Both the position numbers and the translations under genes were made by a program. Below, piece after piece: positions 37,901-49,900 of a DNA stretch of 64,000 nucleotides (its first letter is position 1; every line of letters begins with the position of its first letter). Source of the DNA: Mobula hypostoma (Eukaryota); the NCBI RefSeq assembly GCF_963921235.1, contig NC_086109.1, positions 34,536,001 to 34,600,000 on the forward strand. The letters run 5' to 3'. Under the pieces are notes generated by a model. The model did not search any database, was not told where the DNA came from, and was given only the letters and a program-made list of their open reading frames with translations.

Positions 37901-40900
37901 TTGATAATTGAGAGGTAATGTATTTTTGGAGTACTAATGAGGTTAAAATATATACCATAAATGGTGAAGTGCAAAGGAGTACTGAGAAACAGAGAGGCCT
38001 TGGTGTGCAAGTCCAAAGATTCTTGAAGGTGGCATAATTGATGCTAGCCTTCATTAGTCATGGCACTGAATACTAGAGCAGGGGGTTTGAGACCCAACTT
38101 TATATAATAAAGAAAATATATGAAGACTTCAGTTGGAGAACTGCATGCAGCTCTAATCACTACACTGTAAGAAAGGTAATACAGCACTGGAGATGGTAAC
38201 AAAGGGATTCACCAGGCTGTTGCTGGGGGTACAGTGTTTTACTGATGAAGGGAGATTGGCTCTGTTCTCCCTAGAGGCGAGGAGGTTGAGTGGATATGGT
38301 GTGTAAAATGATGAGGAGTGTAGATAGCACAGATTGTAGCCATCTTTTCCCTTGTCATTGGTGAGTAAAACCAGAGCATATAGACTTATGGAGAGGGGTA
38401 GGAAAATTAGAAGGAACCTGAGAGGCCTATTTCACCCGGAGAGAGATGGAAGCATGTAAGAGGTGTTGAGATGAGCAATTGTATTGAAATTTATGGGCAG
38501 GATTAATATAGGTGGGTGTCTACTAGACCTGGTGGGCTGATGACCTGCTTCTATCCTGTATGATTCTATCCATACATTCTGTGTTTTGTTTACATCACAC
38601 ATAGGCCTAATTCAGAATGTCTTTGTTACACAGTTTTCCTTCAAGGTCTTTGTGCATCAGACATACCAAAGCAAAAAGAACCACAGATCAGCTGCATGAC
38701 AGGAGGCAATAAAGGGGTCCTTTTCTGGTTGGCACTTAACTGGTGTCAGTTGTTGAACCCACTTCTTTTCACGTTACACAGTATGTCACTAATTTAGATG
38801 ACAGAATTGATGGATTTGTGACCAAGTTTGCAGACAATATGAAGATAAGTGGAGGGGCAGTTAGTGATGAGGAAGCAGCGAGCCCACAGAAGGTCGTAGG
38901 CAGATTGAGAGAATGGGCATAGAAGTGGCAAATGGAATATAGTGTAGGGAAGTGTATGCTAATGCAGTTTGGTAGAAGGAATAAAGGTGTACAGTATTTT
39001 TTAAATGAGAATATTAAAATTTCAGAGATGCAAAGGGACATGGGAGTCCTCGTACAGAATTCCCTGAAGGTTAACTTGCAGGTTAAATTGATGGTGAAGG
39101 CAAACACAATGTTAGTATTCATTTCAAGAGGACTACAGTATAAAGGCTAGGATGTAATGCTGAGGCTTTGTAAGGCATTGGTCAGACCACACTGGGAGTA
39201 TTGTGAGCAGTTTTGGGTCCCTTATCTGAGAAAAGAAAAAATAGTGTTTCAAAGGTCATGGGGAGAAGGCAGTGAATGTAGTTTACGTGGATTTTTGGAA
39301 GGCCTTTGACAAGCTGCTGCACATGAAGCTGCTTAACCAGATAAGAGTCTACGTTATCACACTACAGATATTAGCATCGATAGAAGGATGGCTGTAATAA
39401 AGGGGCCCTGTCCTGGTTGGCTACCGGCTACCGGTGTTCTGCAGGGGTCAGTGTTAGAACAGCTTCTTTTCTCTTTATTTGTCAAAGATTTGGACGACAG
39501 AATTGATAGCTTTGTCTGCCAAGTTTACATGTGATACAAAGATATGTATGTTCTGTGGTCTAAAATGCTTGACATCCCAGAAGCAGAGGGGTATAGACAG
39601 GCAAAATGCAAGCAGGTTGTTTCCACTGAAGTTGGATGAAACTAGAACTAGTCTCACCTAAACCTATTGGGTGATCACTATTAAAGGACAGAAGATGGAG
39701 GTCAACGAACCCCAAAGTAATACTACAAACATCAGGCTGTGATCGTACCCACTACTTTCTGAACAGCCAAAATATATTTTTAAAAATCAAAGGTGCATGG
39801 ACAAAAAAATCCCCAGGCATTAAAATCATTGAAAGCTTCTGCATGTACTGGCCTCCTGAAGCCCAACAGCTGGGTTTCTGGCATTTACCCCATAGATATG
39901 CATGAAAGCATTTATGATGTTACTAATTCAAGCATTTTAGACCGTAGGACTATAAGAAATAGGAACAGAATTAGGCCATTCGGCCCCTTGACTCTGCTCC
40001 ATCATTCAATCGTGACTGATTTACTGTAATGATTTCATTATGAATGAAGCATTTCATACGAAGTATGAATGTACCATGTCATACAGATCACCTAATCCTG
40101 TTGCTGTTTTCTTGTGTAAGTCTTGCCTGCATCAGACTTCACATATTGTTTTTTTTGCTAGGCTCTTCTTTTCTATTTCTTGATCAGTTATGTACCTTTC
40201 CTCAACAGAATCTCCTCCGCTGTCAAAACAACAAGACAAATTACAACTTGGTGTGTGAGACGCTGCAGTTTTTGGATATCATGTGTGGAAGCACGACTGG
40301 AGGTCTGGGGTTGCTTGGACTGTATATCAATGAAAATAATGTGCTTCTTATTATTCAGACACTAGAGACACTAACAGAGTATTGTCAGGGTCCTTGCACT
40401 GAGAACCAGGTATGCATCATAGCTGAACTGTACCCACATCATTACTAGTTAATTTTGAAATATTGGTATAGAGGGGTTATCTTTAACATTAAATATAAAA
40501 TATAAGTGTGGTGTCACTCCTTTTTATGTATTCTCCTATGTCAGGGTTATCAGCTTTAAATGATCAGAGCTCAGCAGAAAGAAGCATGAGCATGAGTTTT
40601 TGAAGAGAATGTTGTGTTAGAGTTCCTTTCTCATTTTTGAAACCAAAGCAACTATTCAGCAAAAAAAAACAACTGCTGGAAGATCTTATTGGGTCAAGCA
40701 GCATTTGAGTAGGCAAAGGGATAGCTGACATATGGGTCAACACTCTGCATGAGGTGCTCAACCCAAGTTTTTGCACTAGTTTTTCTTTTGTTCCATTTTC
40801 CAGCATCTGCAGTCTTTTGTGTCTTCAAGTATTTATTGGAGCATAAGACCTTTAGACATACTATAGGAGCACAATGAGGCTATTTGGCCCACTGAGTCTG

Positions 40901-43900
40901 TTCCGCAATTCTATCATAGTTGATTTATTCTCCCTCTCAGCCCTACCTTCTCCCCATAACCTTTGATGCCCTTCTAAATCAAGCACCTATTCAATTCAAA
41001 TCAAGACCTTTTACAAGTGTAAAAGTTTTCTTGTGGGATAATAGATACAACTGTTACAAAAACACTACAAACCAGGAGAAAGAAGAATCAGTCAGCAGTT
41101 CAGGTAACCGGGGAGAAAACCAGTTCTCACTCCTGACTATCATTGGAACTCTATATGTGGAAGCTTGTTTACATACTGTTTAAAGCTCTCAATGGACGTT
41201 TGTTTAAGCACAGAATCATTACTTCTTTTAACTGCAGTTTTACTGGTTTTTGTAGGACTGTGAGGACAGGGGCTTCCCTCTCCCATGGGGTGAAAAGTTT
41301 TTGTAAGATCTTTAAAAACTGTTTATATTGGTTGATGCAGCTTTACTAAGTCAAGTACTTTGAATGGTCTCCCTACTTACTGCCTTAAGACATTTTGGTT
41401 TGATTTTGTTTATTTCCTAGACATGCATTGTAACACATGAGTGTAATGGCATCGATATTATTACTGCATTAATTCTGAACGATATCAGTCCGCTCTGCAA
41501 GTACAGGATGGACCTGGTGCTACGGCTCAAAGTAAGTAGAGCTTTGATCAAAAATAGTCCAGATTCCAAGTTGTAAAATGTCATTTCCTGTACACAAGTG
41601 TAAAGGAGAACAAAATAATTATTACTCCAGATCCAATGCAGCACAAAATCCCCCCTACAAATGATAAAAAACACAGTAATAATAAAATCACAATTAATAT
41701 AAATATATTAGCCAATATACAGAGATTGATTGTACTGTATGTCCATGAAGTGATGGTCAGCCAGGAATGTCTGCAGATAAGGTGACTGACAGGAAATGAT
41801 AAAGTAGTGGTGGATGGAGTGTGAAGGATGGGTTAGTGGGTGGAGGTGTTGATCAGCCTTACTGCTTGGGGAAAGTAGCAGTTATTGAGTCTGGTGGTCC
41901 TGGTATTAATGCTACATAGCCTCCTCCCATGAGTAGGGTAGGTGATGTTACTGGCCCCTTTCTATCACCTTTCTGTATATACATCTTTGATGGCTGGTAG
42001 GCTGGTGCTGGTGATGATTTGGGCAGCATTGTCCAGCCACAGATTCCATCCACAGAATTAAATCTACACTGTGATGTGATTGTTGTGCAGAATTTGAGTG
42101 ATTTGGATCAATGATTTGATTTTCATTATGTTTAATGGCTTTTCAGATAATTTTGACTTGTGTTGACAGTTAAAAATCCCATTTAGATTCTCCCAAAAAT
42201 ATATGCAATGGATTCTGATTACTAAGCTGAACTAGGTCAACGAGCAACGTGTGGTATGTGTGAAGGTGATTGACGGATAACAGCCTATCCATGTGTATTC
42301 TAATGATGTGTTGCGAAGTGAACCAGAAAAATACAAAGAAGTATAATTCAGATTAACACATCAAAAACAAATTCTATAGTAATTTAGAAACATGAATATC
42401 CACAATAAATTCCAAGGAGGAAGTTTTGTAGATGAAGACCAAATATCAGAGTTTATGAAAGTAGTTTCGCTTTGTGAAGGTGTCAGGATCTACATAATTG
42501 TCATTTTTGTTTTTGTAATAGGACAATGCTTCCAAGCTTTTACTTGCACTTATGGAAAGTAGGTATGACACTGAAAATGCAGAAAGGATCCTCTTCAATA
42601 TGAGGCCCCAAGAACTGGTGAGTGTGTTAACAATTGCAGTTGTATAAATTTAGTCAGAAATCAACAGCTTAGGTCTATCACTCTGCATGTTTACTGCTAA
42701 GGATTCCTGAATGTTGCTGAAGTGGATTAGCTGTGAATCAGAAATGAAAAAATTGTTAATGTTCAGCCGTATGTGGACAGCAAAAGGTATTTCTAAGCTT
42801 AGATGTTGACCTTTTGATTGAATCCTAATACCTGACAAAAGATAATTCTCTCTCTGATATGTTGTTTGACAAGCTGGAAGTTTCCAGATTTTCTATTTTT
42901 AATTTAATACCTTGGGGACTTGTACTATTTTGCCATTCATAGAGCATAGTTTTGTGTAACTTTTTTTCCCAGAAGGTTATTTACTTCTAAACCATTTCCA
43001 AGGGCCATCTGGTGGTGGCACTGTTAGTCTCGCGAGACCACGAATCTGTGCCTGGAAAGTTCCAGGGCGCAAGCCTGGGCAAGGTTGTATGGAAGACCGA
43101 CAGTTGCCCATGCAGCAAGTCTCCCCTCTCCACGACACCGATATTGTCCAAGGGAAGGGCAGGGGCCGACACAGCTTGGCACCGGTGTCATTGCAGGAGT
43201 TGCCAGAATGAGGTTGAGGGCAACATCAGACTGCCTTAGGGACTCCAGCTCTGGATTTGTCCTCAGGGTTTACTCCTGAAGCCTTTCCCATGAGTGGGTA
43301 CGGCCGCAAAGGCAGCAGAGGTTTGGAATCAGGGTTTTCCCTCTCTTAGATGGACTGCCTTCCCAGGCTGATGAGGTCCATCTATCTCAAACACTGGTTT
43401 TTAGGCGCCAGGACCCACCTTCGCCCTGTCTGCTGTCAGTAGAATCAGTTCCGCCGGGCTTAGAGGCTAAACCACACGAGAAGGCCAGGAGTTGGATGTG
43501 GTTGTCAGAGGCTATTTGAGGCGTGCGCCGTGAGGAGCACTTTTAGGTAGTGGGAGCTTGTCCCCATTACCACTCCTCAGCTTGACAACCTTGGAACCAT
43601 CTACCAGAAAATAATATGTTTTATTTCAGACATGCATAAACAAATGATACTTCTGGTCATAGTTTTGTTCTCAATGCTCTTGCACTGTCTCTTCCTTACT
43701 GCCTCTCTGCTACCTTTCTCATTGTTGCCCTCACTGACTCTTCTCAAAGTCAATGCTGAGTTTATTGTCACATACACAAGTACATGTATCTGCAGGAGCA
43801 ATGAAAAACTTACTTGCAGTAGCATCACAGGCGCGGACCACCATATGATCATATAGCATCCTACTCTCTGCTTCACTCGCTGTATACTTAATGGCTCACT

Positions 43901-46900
43901 TTGAATTCCAGTCCTCCCTGTCCCAAATTCCACCTATGCACTGCCATCTTGCTGCCTGACATTTGGCTCCACTTGCAACTCCATTTGCCCTATCTCCACT
44001 GCACCTTACTACTTAGCTAAAGACATCAGTGTCCCCCCAGGTTATTTTCCAAATTACGTAAACCTCCCACTGATTAGTGAGTGGGAACACTTTTATTTGA
44101 CTGGTCCCTTTATAACTTCAATTCATTGCACCTCAGCAGAGCTCTGAAGGCTGTTGTACTGTGGAGCAAAGTGACAGAGTTTCAGACCCTCTCTTCAGTG
44201 GGACTGTTCAAATAGAAAGCGATTCAAAAACCAAACAAAACTGGAAGGTTAAAACAATGAGCATTTGAGCATGGAAGTGCAAGCCAGCAAGAAGCCTTGT
44301 GGGACAAGAGCAAACCATGTGGAGAGGCTGGAATACTCAGGGTGGTGGGCATGGACGGGTGCAAGGCAGGACAGAAATGTACCTTGTAGGGCTATGAAGT
44401 GGTGAGGACATTTGAACGATTGGATCCATCTTTGAGGTCTGTCTTGGGCAGTATGTTGTGCAACACTATTGTGCAACACTACAAGACCATCAGATATAGG
44501 AGCAGAATTAGGCCATTTGGCCCATCGAGTCTGCTCTACTATTTCATCATGGCTGATCTATTTTCCTTTTCAGCCCCAATCTGCTGCCTTTATAAGACCA
44601 TAAGAAGTCTAATTAGACACAAGTCTAATTCAGTAACTGTAATTAACATATATTGGAAAATAGGTAAAATAAATTTAATTTAGTAATATTGAAGAATGAA
44701 CTTTTCTTTATATAACCTCAGACATACCACCTCTCCCAGAAGTTTCGGGAGTCTCCCGCACATTGATAGTGGCTTCCTGATGCCCGCAAGTTATATACAA
44801 TATCCCGGAAATCAATTTTTTTGAGAGCAAGTGCGAGAGAGAGTGCAAGAGCGAAAGAGCAGGCACGAGAGACAGAGAGTGCGTGCGCACCATGGCAGAG
44901 TGTTCCAAAAAAAGAAAATATAAAATGTACGTCACCCCAGACTACCCTAAAGTGTACTCCTGCCTAATATAAGTCTATTGCAGACATCCCACATCTCCTG
45001 GAAGTTCCGGGAGCCTCCCGCAAATTGATGGTGCTACCTCCGTGAAATGAGTTTTTGCAGGGTGGGAAGTCTGTAACCTTTTATGATTTCAAGACAAGGT
45101 GTTATCTCCCAATGGCTATCCATTTTAATTCTACTTCCCATTCCCATTCCGATATGTCTATCCATGGCCTCCTCCACTATCATGATGAGTTGGAGGAACA
45201 ACACCTTATAATCCATCTGGGTAGCCTCCAACCTGATGGCATGAACTTTGATTTCTTGAACTTATGGTAATGCCCTCCACCCACCCTCACCCCTTCTCCA
45301 CTTCCCATCCCTTTTCCCTCTCTCACCTTATCTCCTTGCCAGCCCATCACCTCCCTCTGGTGCTACTCCCCCCCCCACCCCCCTTTTCTTTCTTCCTTGG
45401 CCTTCTGTCTCTTTCACCAACTTCCCAGCTCTTTACTTCATCCATCCCCCTTTAGGTTTCACCGATCACCTTGTGTTTCTCTCTCCCCCCTTCCCACCCA
45501 CCCCCACCCCACCACACCTTTTAAATCTACTCCTCTGCTTTTTTTCTCCAGTCCTGCCAAAGAGTCTCGGTCTGAATCGTCGACTGTACTCTTTTCCATA
45601 GATGCTGCCCGGCCTGCTGAGTTCATCCAGCATTTTGTGTGTGTTGCTAAATCACTTATACTCAGTTACAAATTACTTAAAGTGCAGTTACTGTTATATG
45701 TGCAAACACTGCAGCCAATTTTAGTTGCAAACAGTAAGGTTTATTGTGGGCCTGGAATGTGAGAAATGTTCAAGAGATTAAACTTTTTTTTCTCATAGTA
45801 TCAGACAGTTTTAGCATCCACCTGAAAAGGTAGGTGGAAGAAGTTCAAATTATACAAAAGCAGCAGCACTTCATTGTATGTATGGATAAAGCATATGTTT
45901 AAATCACCACTTTCTCATTCAGGATAAAATTTATAAGACAATACATATTTTACTAGCAGAAGCTCCTGATAGATACTGTAATACATAGTTTAGTATATCT
46001 TGCTTGATAAAAGCTCATGTCAATTGCAAGTATGTATCATGTTAGCTCCGCAAGAGCAAGCCTTTTACTCATAATGTGTTTCAACAGCAGGGCAAGCTCC
46101 TGAGTGTGTTAGTTTGCACTAAAGGTAAATTTATTGGGATTCTTTTCATGGAGTGAGCTAACAGAGAACTTTGACTGGTGTTATCAGAATACTTGCAATA
46201 TTTATAGTCATAGAGTAACACCGTATGAAAACAGGCTCCTCCACCCAACAAGTCCATGCCTTCCCATCATCTTCCCTGCTGTCCACATTCAACCTTTAAC
46301 CCTCCAAGTCCTTCCCTTCATGTATCTATCTAAACGCCTCTTGAATGCTACAATTTAATTTGCTACCAAATCTATTGCTACACATTGCGCATTGACTTTC
46401 TTACGACAATGGAAAATATAAAAGGTATGTTCTGATGAGACCAGAAACAGACTTCAGGCATTAGTATTTACTTACAATTGAACTATGCCCCTTTAAGGTT
46501 GACGTTATAAAGAAGGCCTACAACCAAGAAGAGGAATGCGAGAATTCAGAGGTTTCCCCAAGAAGCGTGGGACACAATATTTATATCTTAGCTTTGCAGG
46601 TAACGCTGATTGAATTTTATCTTTTGATTGCCATCTTTTTCATATCCTCCTGTTCACCTTTGAGGCTTTCTTCTTTTACTCAGAAAAGAATGTCAGGGCA
46701 TCATTATCATCACAGGGAACCATTTCAGAGACTGGTAAGGGCAGATAAATTTAATGATGGCCCATTATTCAAATGACTATTTGGTCAGCTGGCTAGGAAA
46801 ATCCCAGATGCAATATATATGCTCTAATTGCAGTGTTGTAGTAACCTTCAGCACCTCAAGTTATCCAAAAATTTGTTATAGACATTGAAGCATTTCTGAA

Positions 46901-49900
46901 GAACAGTCATTCTTGTACCGAAGATAGGGTAACACCGAGGTGATACAGAGCAGAACCCCAGAACAACATCATGATTATGTCCAACTTATCTGTTTACCTG
47001 ACATTGATTAGCCAGATCACTGAGAATACATCCCTGCAGTTATTCAAAATAATATCCTGGATTATTTTAATGTACAACTGAAAGAGCATAAAGCCTAAAT
47101 TTAACATCTTATCCAAAGATGTTTCACTAGTAGTCTAGAATTCCTTAAGTACTGTCAGACTTTAATGTTCAAGTTTCTGATTTGAGACTTGAACCTGCAA
47201 CGTACTAAATATCTTGTTCAAGTGCTGTTTGCTAAACCAAAGTTATACCTTTTTCAATTTAATGAATGCAGCAAAACTCCAATAATCTGGCTTTGATGCT
47301 CATATTTTGTGGCAACTTAGTGCTATATCCACACTGAGGCACCAAAGCACATTTAATTTATTTTTTAAATAGAATATCCCCCCCCCCCCGCCTGCAGTGA
47401 ATCAGATACGTTTAAAGGGAGTGCAGGAAAAGGGGTTCTGCTGAGTGGACATGGAGTATAGCAGGCATCACCTGGTGAGCCAGGCTGTGAACGATTGGGA
47501 TTTCCAAATAGTTGGATCACATGTTTTTGGAGTTTTACTCTATGTATGTTTGTTTATGAAAGAGGCTGAATCATTTCCTGTGCTATTAATATTTTTGAAA
47601 AAAAATATTAGTCTTCAGAAAATTTGTTTTGGATGGCAGAATAATATAGAACATAATATAGTACTTGTTACTGCAATCAGGCTGCAGAACCTTAAAAAAT
47701 TATGGAGCACCTAAAACATATTGTTCACAAATTAATAAATATTGGTTCATCAGTTGCCATTTCATATCTATTTACCCTTGTGACCCTATATCAATGATGC
47801 TGTCACGTGGAAATAGATATGAAATTACAAATTGGGTTTTGCACTGGTATTGTCTTACACTTCTCTTTGGAACCAACATTGAATACAAAAGGTTTTTCTG
47901 AAGTCAATATTGTCTTCCAGTTGTCACGCCATAACAAACTGCTGCAGCAGCTACTGAAGCCAGTGAAACGGGTACAAGAAGATGTGGAAGAAGGCATTTC
48001 AATGGTGAGTCAGTGAGTTTAATGAGTAAGATTGATTACACTATTAGAATGATTTCCCTTAGTAATAAAGATCAGTTAGGCACAAAGAGAATCTGTACTT
48101 ACTGACAAGTACCTTTATTGGCTAATTTCACAAACACATGAATTTGCATAGCCGAGTACCTGTGAGAAGACTTACTAAGTTTCCTTGACACTGCACAAAC
48201 AGTTAAAGAGTAGAAAAGTAATACCTGGGAAGAAGAGTCTATGTTGGCCAGGCATTCCTCGTGCTCCTGATGTGATCTCCACGTGTCCAACGTGGGGTCC
48301 TCCACATCTGTGATAGTTGGTCACTGCCTGTGCTCCCAAAATCCTTTATTTTTATTCCTTCTCTTATCAGATCAATCTCTGATGTTTCAGTTCTGTTGGC
48401 CCATGGTCAACTGATTGACCTATGTCAGTTCTCATTGGACGTAGACCAGGGCTACAAGCAGTATTGTTTTATGCCCTTTGCCTCCAACTTCATGTCCGAA
48501 GTGGCAACTTTTGTTCTATTTAACTCTGACTAGTTCAATCCAGTCAAACATGGTTACCCAAACACTGGCCTCAGGTGACAAGATTACCTCTGCAAACATG
48601 CCATTTTACACGATGAACAGCTTCTTATCTGAGAACATTCTCAGGTTTAGCAGATCATTAGCAGAAACTGCTTGTGCCCCTGTTCAGTTGCTGTAATCAC
48701 ATTATCCCAGAGCAAAAATCAGTTCATCAAACTGTTCACAAAATGGTGGCTGCGAGGACAGTCTCACTAAATGGCCACATCCATTCCTGTTCACTGATTG
48801 TCGGCCTTTCTGGCCAACAACACAACATGCTTGATGAAGTACATGTATTTACTGTGCATCAGAATTGATGCTAATCACCATCATGACGAGAAACAGCAAA
48901 GAACATTCACTATACCCAAGTACCAGAACAAAATCCATCCCGCAAAAAGAATCCATCTACCTCCGCTTAAGGTGCAGTAGCATTATTATCCCTATATATC
49001 TCACAAGCAATGCTGTAGGATCACTCTTGACCATCAGCTTAACTGGCCTAGTTGCAGGAGAACTGTAACTATAAAGCAAGTGTAATGGTTTGATATTCTG
49101 TGGCAAGGACCTCGTTTCCAGATGCCCAATGCCTTTTCCACAAGGCTCAAGTCAGGAAGGTGCTGGAATTAAACATCTTTTTGGCTGAAGTCCAAAACCA
49201 GGTGTATGGTGCATCATTCAATATTATGCTTTTAATTCTGTTAAAAGCAAGATTTTAGTTACAAAGGAAAGCTGGAATTCTCCTATTCTTCAAGGCAGTA
49301 AATGCTGGAATCACTTGGCAGGTCAGGCTGTATCTGTGGGAAGAGAAACAGAGTGTAAACACTTCTGGCTGCCTTTAAAAAGAGTCACAAAGTCAAAGAC
49401 AACTACAGCAGAGCAACAGGCCCTTCAGCCCCTCTACTTCATGCCGAACCATTTAAGCTGCCGAGACCCATTGACCTGCACCTGAACCATAGCCCTCCAT
49501 TCCCCTACCACCCATAGTCATAGTCATAGTCATACTTTATTGATCCCAGGGGAAATTGGTTTTCATTACAGTTGCACCATAAATAATAGTAATAGAACCA
49601 TAAATAGTTAAATAGTAATATGTAAATTATGCCAGTAAGTTATGAAATAAGTCCAGGACCAGCCTATCGGCTCAGGGTGTCTGACCCTCCAAGGGAAAGT
49701 TTGATGGCCACAGGCAGGAGTGACTTCCTATGACGCTCTGTGCTGCATCTCGGTGGAATGAGTCTCTGGCTGAATGTACTCCTGTGCCCAACCAATACAT
49801 TATGTAGTGGATGGGAGACATTGACCAAGATGGCATGCAACTTAGACAGCATCCTCTTTTCAGACACCACAGTCAGAGAGTCCAGTTCCATCCCCACAAC

